64,000 bases of DNA from an uncultured Gammaproteobacteria bacterium (GTDB taxonomy: Bacteria > Patescibacteriota > Microgenomatia > Levybacterales > UBA12049). The stretch covers positions 101,879-165,878 of the forward strand of contig OZ246394.1 in NCBI GenBank assembly GCA_965230895.1, read 5' to 3'. The notes beneath the pieces were generated by a model, which worked only from the letters and a program-made list of their open reading frames with translations, did not search any database and had not been told where the DNA came from. Positions 37,006 through 45,891 of this stretch are shown in pieces. The position numbers were made by a program, and so were the translations under genes. Each line of letters opens with the position of its first letter. Position 1 is the first letter of the stretch.

Positions 37006-37490
37006 TGGCAAGAAGCTTAAATAGAGTACAATTAATTGGAAATCTGACCCGTGATCCAGAATTGCGTTATACACCAGCTGGAAATGCGGTTTGTACTTTT
37101 GGCTTAGCTACCAATAGATCTTGGACAACAGATGCAGGAGAAAAAAGAGAAGAAGTAGACTTTCACAGGGTTGTGGCTTGGAACAAATTGGCTGAATTAT
37201 GTAGTCAATTTTTGGTAAAAGGTCGCAAAGTGTATGTCGAAGGACGACTTTCAACTCGAAACTGGACAGCTCAAGATGGAGCTCAGAAATCTACAACAGA
37301 AGTTGTGATTGATGATATGATTCTTCTTGATAACAAAGGCGGTTCAGGATCAGGAGAAAATCAACCAGAAGAACACTTTAATCCAGAGGAAGATGCAAAG
37401 CCAGCAAAGAAAGCTGCGCCAAAGCATGAAGAAGCTCCTTCATCAAACAGTAAAGAAGATGAAGTAGCACCGGATGATATTCCGTTTTAA
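37005..37490 (+). CDS. ssb: single-stranded DNA-binding protein
   Basis: OB-fold N-terminus (NRVQLIGNLTRDPELRYTPAGNAVCTFGLA). Gly/Ser-rich linker. Acidic C-terminal tail ending DDIPF. Confidence 0.9.
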   Translation: MARSLNRVQLIGNLTRDPELRYTPAGNAVCTFGLATNRSWTTDAGEKREEVDFHRVVAWNKLAELCSQFLVKGRKVYVEGRLSTRNWTAQDGAQKSTTEVVIDDMILLDNKGGSGSGENQPEEHFNPEEDAKPAKKAAPKHEEAPSSNSKEDEVAPDDIPF

Positions 37491-37509
37491 TAAAGAAAGA
37501 TAAAAAAAT

Positions 37510-37752
37510 ATGGCTGAAAAGAAAAGATTACCAAAGAAGAAGATAGTTGTACCAAAGACATGTTATTTCTGTGCTGAAAAGAAAACACCTTGGTACTCAG
37601 ATACTGCAAGTTTGCAAAAGTTTGTTACTGATCGAGGCAAGATCATTGTCCGAACACGATCAGGACTTTGTGCAAAGCATCAGCGTCGTTTGACCACAGC
37701 TATTAAGAATGCACGTCATTTGGCATTAATGGCTTTCGTTAACCGCACATAG
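37510..37752 (+). CDS. rpsR: 30S ribosomal protein S18
   Basis: CYFC...[20 protein letters not shown]...[17 protein letters not shown] is bS18-like. 80 aa. Confidence 0.9.
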   Translation: MAEKKRLPKKKIVVPKTCYFCAEKKTPWYSDTASLQKFVTDRGKIIVRTRSGLCAKHQRRLTTAIKNARHLALMAFVNRT

Positions 37753-37772
37753 CCTCAACTTGCCATACTGTC

Positions 37773-37800
37773 ATTCCGGACTTGATCCGGAATCTTTCAT
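37773..37800 (+). terminator. candidate intrinsic terminator after rpsR (hairpin ATTCCGGA-CTTGA-TCCGGAAT followed by CTTTCATT); a second hairpin CCTGAAC-AAG-TTCAGG lies at 37808..37824
   Basis: Perfect 8-bp inverted repeat with a 5-nt loop and a U-rich tail, directly downstream of a highly expressed operon. Confidence 0.5.
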
Positions 37801-37882
37801 TAAAGATCCTGAAACAAGTTCAGGATGACAAAAGAACATTTACTCATAGAAAAGTTCAGCTATTCCATGGTACAGTTATAGT

Positions 37883-38650
37883 ATGATATCTTTGCCCATC
37901 AAACTTCCTGCAGGGTATGTTTGTATTGTCTCAACAGGAGATCGAATAACCGCAGGACAATCGATCGCGCAAACCTCAGGACCCAATGAAGAATTTGTAA
38001 ATGTTCCAGAACATCTTGATGTCTCCCTTTCAAAAGCACCAAAATATATTGTCAAAAATCCTGGCGATACTATTGAGGAAGGGGATATCCTCGCAATTCG
38101 TAAGAACTTTTTCGGAAAAACAAAAGCAGCTATTATCAGTGAAGTAAAAGGAACAGTAATTAGGTACGAAAGAAATACAGGGAATTTAGTTGTAACAACA
38201 GGGGAAACGGAGAATACAGATGATATTGTTTCGCCTGTTGATGGCATGATTGAATTGTGTAATAATAAAGAAATTGTTATCCATACGGGTAATGCTGTTA
38301 TTGGCAAACGTGTAATCGCAGGTTCAAGAGGTGAAGGCGAATTATCTGTAATGAAAGTTTCGTTCAACGAAACTTCACCACAAAATGTTCTTTTCTATCT
38401 CGACAAACATGTAGCTGGAAAAATTGTTTTGGGAGATACATTTACACGAGATGTTATCATAAAGGGATCGACAATTGGTGTCGCTGGCTTTATCGCCGAA
38501 ACAATACCTGACGCAGATATCGATTATCTCCAGGATAAAAATATTTCTATACCAGTTATAGAAGTTGATGAAGAATCGGTAGAAAAGCTGAGGAAGATGG
38601 AAGGGGAACAAATTACAATTGATCCTCAAGCAAATATCATTTTATTTTAA
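37883..38650 (+). CDS. hypothetical beta-rich protein (possibly beta-helical/bactofilin-like or barrel-sandwich-hybrid-like)
   Basis: Repetitive short beta-strand/turn units rich in G, D, V, I, T (GDRITAGQSIAQ; PGDTIEEGDILAI; SPVDGMIEL; TGNAVIGKRVIAGS). No TM. The opposite-strand ORF 37876..38367 has antisense-like S/P/T/I composition and is rejected. Confidence 0.4.
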   Translation: MISLPIKLPAGYVCIVSTGDRITAGQSIAQTSGPNEEFVNVPEHLDVSLSKAPKYIVKNPGDTIEEGDILAIRKNFFGKTKAAIISEVKGTVIRYERNTGNLVVTTGETENTDDIVSPVDGMIELCNNKEIVIHTGNAVIGKRVIAGSRGEGELSVMKVSFNETSPQNVLFYLDKHVAGKIVLGDTFTRDVIIKGSTIGVAGFIAETIPDADIDYLQDKNISIPVIEVDEESVEKLRKMEGEQITIDPQANIILF

Positions 38651-38651
38651 T

Positions 38652-39935
38652 ATGTTGAAATCAGAAAAACTTCGAATTGCTTTACTTGTAATCATAGCTG
38701 GATTTATTGGTTATTACATTGGTGTCAGTAAGATAGCGTTTGATTGGAACAACTTCAAACCCCATATTGAGATTTCCAGTAAAGAACCTCCACCAAGTCT
38801 CCAAACAGGTGATGCAAGTATGTTGTGGCAAGTCTTAGCAAAGATTGAAGCTACATATTATGACAAAGAATCTATTACTGCAGAAAAGATCATGAACGGC
38901 GCTATCCAAGGTATGGTTAGTAGTTTAGATGATCCTTACACTGTCTATCTTCCACCACAGCAAAATGATGACTTCAAGCAAAGTATGGCTGGGAAGTTTG
39001 AAGGTATCGGCGCTGAATTAGGTTTGAAAGAGAAGAATGTTATCGTCGTAGCACCAATTGATGGAAGTCCTGCTAAGAAAGCTGGTATCAAAGCAGGAGA
39101 TCTTATCGTCAAAGTAAATGGACAATATATAAGTGGACTTACGTTGAATCAAGTTGTTGAAAAAATTCGTGGACCAAAAGGCACTGAAGTCATCTTAAAT
39201 GTTCAACAAAAGTCTGGTGAAGAACCAAAAGATATTAAAATTGTTCGTGATGAAATCACTGTAAAGAGTTTGACAACTTGGACAAAGAAGGTTAAAGACA
39301 TTGAGGGTATCAAGAAAGATGCACAAGGAATTGCCGGTGGAGCAGAGAACAAAGTAATTTATATCCGATTGTCACAATTTGGTGATAGTACCAATGAAGA
39401 ATGGACTAACGTTGCAAGTTCTGTCAGAAAGCAACTTGATGCAGATAAAACAATTAAAGGAATAGTATTTGATTTGCGAAATAATCCAGGTGGATATCTC
39501 AATGATGCAGTCTATATTGAATCTGAATTTGTTCCATCAGGAAACGCAGTCCAACAGGAAGATAAGAATAAAAAGAGAACACCATATCCTGTCTCAGGAA
39601 AGGGCGTACTTACTGATGTCCCTGTCATAGTCCTCATCAATAAAGGCTCTGCGTCAGCGAGTGAAATCGTCGCTGGTGGACTTCGAGATAATGGGCGAGC
39701 AACATTGGTCGGAGATAAATCATTTGGTAAAGGTACAATTCAGCAAGCAGAAGATCTTGGTGGGGGAGCAGGCCTTCATGTCACGATTGCAAAGTGGCTC
39801 ACCCCAAATGGTACATGGGTTGGTAATGGGAAAGATGGACAAGGATTAACACCTGATGTTCTCGTCGAAGTTGATAAAGAAGATCCGACACATGATATCC
39901 AACTTGAAAAAGCAGTTGCAGAGTTGCTAAAATAA
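38652..39935 (+). CDS. ctpA: carboxyl-terminal processing protease (S41, PDZ-containing)
   Basis: N-terminal TM. PDZ (GIGAELGLKEKNVIVVAPIDGSPAKKAGIKAGDLIVKVNG). S41 catalytic region (IKGIVFDLRNNPGG...VLINKGSASASEIVAGGLRDNGRATLVGDKSFGKGTIQ). The ATG at 38652 follows the upstream stop; the alternative start 38619 overlaps by 32 nt. Confidence 0.85.
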   Translation: MLKSEKLRIALLVIIAGFIGYYIGVSKIAFDWNNFKPHIEISSKEPPPSLQTGDASMLWQVLAKIEATYYDKESITAEKIMNGAIQGMVSSLDDPYTVYLPPQQNDDFKQSMAGKFEGIGAELGLKEKNVIVVAPIDGSPAKKAGIKAGDLIVKVNGQYISGLTLNQVVEKIRGPKGTEVILNVQQKSGEEPKDIKIVRDEITVKSLTTWTKKVKDIEGIKKDAQGIAGGAENKVIYIRLSQFGDSTNEEWTNVASSVRKQLDADKTIKGIVFDLRNNPGGYLNDAVYIESEFVPSGNAVQQEDKNKKRTPYPVSGKGVLTDVPVIVLINKGSASASEIVAGGLRDNGRATLVGDKSFGKGTIQQAEDLGGGAGLHVTIAKWLTPNGTWVGNGKDGQGLTPDVLVEVDKEDPTHDIQLEKAVAELLK

Positions 39936-40011
39936 CCTCAAAAGAGTAAGCTTGACTTGTTTCAGAGATTCTTAAGCATTAATTAAGAATCGAGTATCAC
40001 AATTAGCAATT

Positions 40012-41160
40012 ATGCGTAGATTAATTCTTCTAATTATTGTTTTGATCGGAGTTCTTTTCCTTATCAATGTTGCACAAAAGCATTTGCCGGGCATGTTGAA
40101 ACTCGACCCAGCGAAATTCTCCCAAACATCACGATCAGATGATAATGTCAGGGTTGTTACCGAAGAATCGGTGACAATTGATATTGTGAAAAAAGCAGGT
40201 CCATCAGTTGTCACAATTGCTGAATCACGTAATGCTCCAAGTCAGCAGTCACCATTTAATTTTGAACCATTTTTCAATCAACCAGATGATGAACAATCAA
40301 ATCAGCCACAGAGTATTGGGTCTGGATTTATCATTGGGAATGAAGGACTTGTGGTTACAAACAAACACGTTGTATCTGATACAGATGGAGAATACAAAGT
40401 TATAACTACGAATGAAAAAGAATATGATGTTAAGAGAATTTACAGAGATCCATTAAATGACATTGCTCTTTTGCAAATTGATTTAAATCAGAATCCAGGA
40501 AATACATTAAAACCATTAGAGCTTGGAGATTCTTCCAAACTTCAGGCTGGACAATATGTCGCAGCAATTGGTACATCATTGGGTGAGTTCCGGAATAGTG
40601 TAACGACAGGAGTTATCTCTGGACTTGGTCGAGGTATAACAGCTGGAAGTCCGTATGAAGGTTCTGTAGAGCGTTTGGATAATGTTATCCAGACTGATGC
40701 TGCAATCAATCCAGGGAATAGTGGAGGACCATTATTTAATTCTTCAGGACAGGTGGTCGGGGTAAATACCGCAGTGTCTGCGAGTGGACAGAATATTGGT
40801 TTTGCAATTCCTATTAATATTATTAAAGATTCTCTGAATAACTTTAATCAGACAGGTCAATTTGACAGACCATATCTTGGAGTGTCATATCGTATTGTTT
40901 CAAGTGATTTGGCAAAACTTAATGATGTTCCGGAAGGAGCATACGTCCAGGATGTTATCCAAGGATCATCTGCAGAAGAAGCAGGAATTAAAAGTGGCGA
41001 TATCTTGACTAAGGTTGATGGGCAAGCAGTTAACGAATCCACCCCATTGTCTGCACTAATCGCGAAGAAAAAAATAGGGGATACACTAAAAATTACTTTG
41101 GTCCGGGATGGACAATCTCAAGACGTAGAAGCAGTATTGAAAGTGGCACCTGAAGAATAA
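40012..41160 (+). CDS. htrA: HtrA/DegP-family serine protease with one C-terminal PDZ domain
   Basis: Catalytic His (VVTNKHVV), Asp (NDIALLQI), Ser (GNSGGPLFN) in trypsin-fold order. PDZ (GAYVQDVIQGSSAEEAGIKSGDILTKVDG). Confidence 0.85.
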   Translation: MRRLILLIIVLIGVLFLINVAQKHLPGMLKLDPAKFSQTSRSDDNVRVVTEESVTIDIVKKAGPSVVTIAESRNAPSQQSPFNFEPFFNQPDDEQSNQPQSIGSGFIIGNEGLVVTNKHVVSDTDGEYKVITTNEKEYDVKRIYRDPLNDIALLQIDLNQNPGNTLKPLELGDSSKLQAGQYVAAIGTSLGEFRNSVTTGVISGLGRGITAGSPYEGSVERLDNVIQTDAAINPGNSGGPLFNSSGQVVGVNTAVSASGQNIGFAIPINIIKDSLNNFNQTGQFDRPYLGVSYRIVSSDLAKLNDVPEGAYVQDVIQGSSAEEAGIKSGDILTKVDGQAVNESTPLSALIAKKKIGDTLKITLVRDGQSQDVEAVLKVAPEE

Positions 41161-41246
41161 ATTGCATCATTAAAATTTATTTAGCTTGCAAACTAAGTCA
41201 AAATGCCTCTTGCAAAAACAATCCGGATCAGTTTATAATAAAACAC

Positions 41247-42050
41247 ATGGCAACACGATCATCAAAAAATACATCAGCAAAGAAAACAACGACTGCTTCA
41301 GCAACAAAAGCAGTTTCTACAAAGTCTACAGCAAAAAGAACATCAAGACCATCTCGATCAACTTCAAGAGCAGCAGCAAAAACAACAGTTGCAACTTCAA
41401 CTCCAGTTGAAAAACAGGAACCAAAAACAACTTCATCTTCAACAAGTACAACAACAAAGAAACCAACAACAGTTAAAAAATCTTATGTTGCTCTTATCGC
41501 AGTAATCCTTCTTCTTGGAGCAGCACTTTATTACTTCAGAGGTCTTTTCGTTGCGGCAGTTGTAAATGGGCAACCAATTAGTAGACTTGAAGTTGTACGC
41601 CAAACAGAACAACAAAGCGGAAAGCAAACATTGGATACATTAGTTCGAAACGCTTTGATCGAACAAAAAGCAAAGCAACAAAACGTCACAGTTAGTGATC
41701 AAGAAATAAATGATGAAATCAAAAAGTTAAATGATAATCTTTCAAAGCAAGGCCAAAACCTTGATCAAGTTTTGCAAGCACAAGGCATGACACAAGATGA
41801 TTTGAAGAAGCTTATCAGACTTGATAAATTAGTTTCAAAGATGGTTGGTAAAGATGTAAAAGTTACTGATGAAGAAGTAAGTGCATACATCGAACAGAAT
41901 AAAGATGCACTTCCACAAGACACAAATGAAGATGAATTGAAGAAGCAAGTTACAGAGCAATTAAAGCAGCAAAAGACAAATGAAAAAGTTCGAACTTGGT
42001 TAGCAGATCTTCAAAAGGAAGCAAACGTTGTTTACTTCGTTCAATATTAA
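41247..42050 (+). CDS. SurA-N-like periplasmic chaperone-domain protein with Ser/Thr/Lys-rich N-terminal region and a TM anchor
   Basis: Low-complexity T/S/K/A-rich N-terminus. TM (YVALIAVILLLGAALYYF). Helical SurA_N-like region (TLDTLVRNALIEQKAKQQNVTVSDQEINDEIKKL). Confidence 0.5.
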   Translation: MATRSSKNTSAKKTTTASATKAVSTKSTAKRTSRPSRSTSRAAAKTTVATSTPVEKQEPKTTSSSTSTTTKKPTTVKKSYVALIAVILLLGAALYYFRGLFVAAVVNGQPISRLEVVRQTEQQSGKQTLDTLVRNALIEQKAKQQNVTVSDQEINDEIKKLNDNLSKQGQNLDQVLQAQGMTQDDLKKLIRLDKLVSKMVGKDVKVTDEEVSAYIEQNKDALPQDTNEDELKKQVTEQLKQQKTNEKVRTWLADLQKEANVVYFVQY

Positions 42051-42199
42051 ATTCTCCTCAGCTCGCTAACACCTTTTCACGACTAATTTTCCTCTTGACA
42101 ATACGTACCACTAATACTGTACTATAGATATAGATACAAAGACTTTTCACAGAAAAAGCGGGTCGCCTTTGGCGAACCTCGCCGAAGGCGGGTGATGGT

Positions 42200-42364
42200 A
42201 TGAAAAAAACAGTTAAGAAATCAGTAAAGACAAGTAAATCAAAAACAACAAAGCGTAAAGGAGCTATTCATACTGCACTATACGCAACCGAACATGATTT
42301 CATCATAATAGCTGGTGGAGGATTAGTAGTACTTATGTTAACAGTCTTCTTATTCCTTCAATAA
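42200..42364 (+). CDS. small basic tail-anchored membrane protein (54 aa), candidate
   Basis: MKKTVKKSVKTSKSKTTKRKG...IIIAGGGLVVLMLTVFLFLQ; below the ORF-track length cutoff. Preceded by a TTGACA..N19..TACTAT-like promoter and a GC-rich structured leader containing a degenerate SD (AAGGCGGGTGA). Confidence 0.3.
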   Translation: MKKTVKKSVKTSKSKTTKRKGAIHTALYATEHDFIIIAGGGLVVLMLTVFLFLQ

Positions 42365-43942
42365 TCAATCTTGCAGCTGTCCCAAGTAATTCTCAGTAGG
42401 TAAAGTATTATTCATCTGGTATCGTTGGATTCTTTTCCGGTTCTTAGAGCTCTTAATATATTGCTTTAATATTTTGTACATATCTAAATCAAACGTGACT
42501 TTCTGGATAAGATCATCTTTTATATTTCCTTCAGCATCGACATGAACATTCCCGATATAACACCAATTATCAATGATAAAAAACTCTTTTGTTCCATCAA
42601 TTGCATCTTCTTGAATAGTAATTGGACCGCTAAATGGCCATGGCAGAATCCTGGATTCATTCAAAGATGTTTCTAACCTTAGATTATAAATCTCTGGTCT
42701 CTCAATATTTACACATGCACCCTTACATCGCTCAAGACGATGTGCAAAGCATGCAGCACTTGTTTTCTCTAAGCCCAAAAGTTTCTCGCAGAGTGCATGC
42801 TCCTTTGCAATGTTTGCCAGAAAAGATTTTGCCTGTTTGCGAGAACGGAAAAACCCTAAGAAGTTTTCAAGTCCATCTGGTGAAATTGTCGTGATTGGTT
42901 CAATAAAACACTCTTTATATCCTTGGTTATTTAGCTTGCTTTTTAAGGCAATTAACTCATGCTTTATCCGAGAACGTTTGTTGTAGATCGGCAGCATTTC
43001 TTTGATCATTCTCGATTCAAGAAAGAGCGCTCCAAGCTCTCCTGCAGTTGTTATCGTTTCAATGCTTTCAATCTGTTGCGAAATCTTCATTTCAGTTGTT
43101 GAAGCAATATCTGCAGAGAAGTGGCTCAAAACACGATTACGGATGTTAATACTTTTACCAACATAAAGGGGGATGAGGCTTTTTGTTTCGTATTTTGGTT
43201 TATCTCCAAGCTTCATTTGATCCTTCACTGTATCATCAGGTCCATAAAAGATATAGACACCAGGTTTATCAGGTAGTTTTTCTAATTCTTCCATTGGAAG
43301 TTTGATTGGCAATGACGGCTTCTTCATTGTCTTTGCCAGCGCTTGTTTCACAATCTCTGGATCGACATTTTTCTGGATATGCTTGTAAAATTCAAATAGT
43401 ACCTTCGCGTCATCAAAGGCTCTGTGGCGGCTGTCACAAGTTATATTGCACTGTTGAATTACGGCATCAAGATTGTGCCGTGGCCATTGAGGATAAAGCA
43501 TTCTTGAAAGTCTCACTGTGCAAAAATGCTTCGCATTGTATGTGATGTTCTCTCGCATGAGTTCTTGTTTCAAAAAGCTGTAATCAAACCGAACATTATG
43601 CGCGACAAAAGTACAATCTGCGAGGATTTCAATTATGTCGTCCTTCACTGCACGAAATGTTGGGGCATTTTCTAAATCCTTTCCTGTAATTCCAGTAAGT
43701 GATGTAATTTCTTGGGGGATATAGGTTTGCGGATTAATTAACGTTTGGAATGTATCTACTAGTTCACCATCTTCAACTCTGAGGATTCCAATTTCAATAA
43801 TTCGATTTCGAGAAGCACTTATTCCTGTAGTTTCAATATCGACGAAGGCTAACTTTGAAGGCAGCATAGGAAAGAAATAATAGCAAATTCGTATTTTGTT
43901 TGCAATCTCAACCATTGCTTTGCTTACAAGCATATGCGACAA
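42365..43942 (-). CDS. DnaQ-like DEDDh 3'-5' exonuclease fused to a GIY-YIG endonuclease domain (Cho/UvrC-N-terminal-like)
   Basis: Exo I FVDIETTG, Exo II VAHNVRFDYSFL, Exo III YxxxD-like region with HRAFDDAK. GIY-YIG: GVYIFYG...PLYVGKSINIRNRVLSHF. Cys/His-rich C-terminal region. Confidence 0.7.
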   Translation of the reverse strand: MSHMLVSKAMVEIANKIRICYYFFPMLPSKLAFVDIETTGISASRNRIIEIGILRVEDGELVDTFQTLINPQTYIPQEITSLTGITGKDLENAPTFRAVKDDIIEILADCTFVAHNVRFDYSFLKQELMRENITYNAKHFCTVRLSRMLYPQWPRHNLDAVIQQCNITCDSRHRAFDDAKVLFEFYKHIQKNVDPEIVKQALAKTMKKPSLPIKLPMEELEKLPDKPGVYIFYGPDDTVKDQMKLGDKPKYETKSLIPLYVGKSINIRNRVLSHFSADIASTTEMKISQQIESIETITTAGELGALFLESRMIKEMLPIYNKRSRIKHELIALKSKLNNQGYKECFIEPITTISPDGLENFLGFFRSRKQAKSFLANIAKEHALCEKLLGLEKTSAACFAHRLERCKGACVNIERPEIYNLRLETSLNESRILPWPFSGPITIQEDAIDGTKEFFIIDNWCYIGNVHVDAEGNIKDDLIQKVTFDLDMYKILKQYIKSSKNRKRIQRYQMNNTLPTENYLGQLQD

Positions 43943-43953
43943 TGCTTTGAATT

Positions 43954-44601
43954 ATGTCAAATATTGAATCATACCGTTCAAATGCAAAAGTTACTTTTAA
44001 AGAACGGGTAATCCAAGCGAAGAAGCAATATGATATTTTCATGTATGATCACGGACGTGATATTGCAGATGCTGCAACAGAAGCTCGTAGAGTAGGTGGA
44101 ATGGTAGAAACTGGACTAGTCCTGTTCAATAAGCCAAAGTGGGCAAGATCTGTAAGTTTGCCTATCTTAGCGACAGATCTGATCGATGGTCATTCTGCAA
44201 GAAAACATAAAGACGGAGCAACAACAGATGGAGGTCGTCGTGATCAGGAAATTGATAAACAGCGATCATTAATGGTTGAGATGGCATTGGTTGTAAGAGG
44301 GCGAATGGATTGGCGTCACTTTGCGTTGAGGACTGGTTCTGACATTGTTATGAATAAAGTTGTTCGTCCGTACTTCCAAGAGCGGGGGATTGATACGAAG
44401 GCAGGTTGGGCTGGAAAGGCAAGCTCAGCAACTGTTGCGGTAGCAGAAGTTTCAGCAATGGGTGAGCGTAATCCTAGTAGTATTCAACATATTGCCACAG
44501 GAGCAAAAATCGGAAGAGTGGGGATTTATACTGTGCAGTGGGGGAGAGAGTTGTTTAAAAAAAGAAGAGAGAAAGGGTCAGAACTACCTTTGGCGGCTTA
44601 A
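43954..44601 (+). CDS. hypothetical protein with a CDP-alcohol-phosphatidyltransferase-like Asp motif but little hydrophobicity
   Basis: DLIDGHSARKHKDGATTDGGRRDQEID approximates DG-x2-AR-x8-G-x3-D-x3-D with one extra residue. Locally GC-richer. Confidence 0.3.
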   Translation: MSNIESYRSNAKVTFKERVIQAKKQYDIFMYDHGRDIADAATEARRVGGMVETGLVLFNKPKWARSVSLPILATDLIDGHSARKHKDGATTDGGRRDQEIDKQRSLMVEMALVVRGRMDWRHFALRTGSDIVMNKVVRPYFQERGIDTKAGWAGKASSATVAVAEVSAMGERNPSSIQHIATGAKIGRVGIYTVQWGRELFKKRREKGSELPLAA

Positions 44602-45485
44602 GCGTCTTGATTAAGTGCTTCTAGTTCTTCTTTTGCATCTGGGATATCTCCAGCAAGAATAATCGGTAAGTTCTTCCATGATTTATTGATACGATGATCT
44701 GTTAGTCGATCTTGCGGGAAATTATATGTTTTTATCTTTTCAGATCTGTCACCACGCCCAACCTGCGTTGATCTGAGGGATGAGATTTCATTTTCTCGTT
44801 TTGTAATTTCAATTTCCCAAAGTTTCGCACGAAGTAATTGCATTGCGATTTCCCTATTTTGTAGTTGTGATCGTTCAACAGAAGTTGTTACCACAAGTCC
44901 TGACGGTACGTGTTTCAGACGAACAGCTGTTGAAACTTTGTTTACATTTTGGCCTCCATGTCCACCTGAACGGAATGCTTCAAATTCTATATCATCAGGA
45001 TTGATATGCAAATCAATATCATCAAGTTCTGGAAGGATTGAAATAGTTGCGGTAGAGGTATGAACTCTGCCTTTCTTTTCTGTTACAGGAATTCTCTGAA
45101 CTCGGTGTACACCAGCTTCATACTTGAAATCACCAAATGCACCACGACCAATTATCTTGATAACATTTTCTTCCAACTGTTCAACTTGATATCCTTTTTT
45201 TTGAGCGGCGCGAACATACATTCGCATTAATTCCTCTGCCCAGATTTTGGCTTCGTCACCACCAGCTGCTCCACTTAATTCGAGAATAATATTTCTATGA
45301 TCGTAACTATCTTGCTCTTTTGCGTTGGAAGCGGCGATACTGTCTTCAATTACTTTCTTCTGCTCTTCGAGCTCAGCAATCTCTAATTCTGCTAATTCTT
45401 TCATTGCAGGATCTTCAAGAAGCGCTTTTGTTTCTTCAATCTTTGCTTCAAGTTCTTGGATTTGTGTATAACGGTAGTCGTTCAT
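44598..45485 (-). CDS. prfA: peptide chain release factor 1 (short N-terminus)
   Basis: GGQ motif (RSGGHGGQNVNKVSTAVRL). Stop-recognition tripeptide region RIPVTEKKGRVHTS (PxT, RF1-type; no SPF). 295 aa, lacking the first ~60 residues of canonical RF1. Confidence 0.75.
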   Translation of the reverse strand: MNDYRYTQIQELEAKIEETKALLEDPAMKELAELEIAELEEQKKVIEDSIAASNAKEQDSYDHRNIILELSGAAGGDEAKIWAEELMRMYVRAAQKKGYQVEQLEENVIKIIGRGAFGDFKYEAGVHRVQRIPVTEKKGRVHTSTATISILPELDDIDLHINPDDIEFEAFRSGGHGGQNVNKVSTAVRLKHVPSGLVVTTSVERSQLQNREIAMQLLRAKLWEIEITKRENEISSLRSTQVGRGDRSEKIKTYNFPQDRLTDHRINKSWKNLPIILAGDIPDAKEELEALNQDA

Positions 45486-45530
45486 GGTGAGGTAAGCCGT
45501 AGAAACGGTTTAGAACAAGTTAAAGCGTGG

Positions 45531-45830
45531 CTATTTAAGGCCCATGAGCATTTCGCGGAGAGACTTTGGTCCTGATTGGCTTCGTTTCTTATCTTCAACT
45601 TTTTTTGTAACAGTCGCTTTATATTCAGTAGCTTTTTGCTGTTTTGTTTGGAACTTCTGGATACGTGAAGCACTATCTACAAATCGCTGTTCACCTGTAT
45701 AGAATGGATGACAGTTGTAGCACAATTCAACGTTGATCCGTTCTTGTGTGGATCCAACGTGAAATTGATTACCGCAAACGCATGTTACTTGCGCGTTACT
45801 AAAATATTTTGGGTGTACATTTGCCTTCAT
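45531..45830 (-). CDS. rpmE: 50S ribosomal protein L31 (Zn-ribbon type) with basic C-terminal extension
   Basis: MKANVHPKY...CVCG...CYNCHPFYTG matches bL31 type A with CxxC...CxxC. About 30 extra Lys-rich C-terminal residues. The ORF-track start 45839 adds 3 codons. Confidence 0.8.
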   Translation of the reverse strand: MKANVHPKYFSNAQVTCVCGNQFHVGSTQERINVELCYNCHPFYTGEQRFVDSASRIQKFQTKQQKATEYKATVTKKVEDKKRSQSGPKSLREMLMGLK

Positions 45831-45891
45831 GAAACCCATTATAGCCTAAATGAACCTAATTGACAAGTGCTTGAACCTAAGCGCAATTGTG

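Noticed and set aside
37876-38367. 163-aa minus-strand ORF overlapping the beta-rich gene 37883..38650
   Set aside because: Its Ser/Pro/Thr/Ile-rich composition is typical of antisense translation. The plus-strand frame has normal composition and operon context.
41186-41410. 74-aa ORF overlapping the start of the SurA-like gene
   Set aside because: It is a Ser/Asn/Lys low-complexity alternative frame of the S/T/K-rich N-terminus of the real gene.
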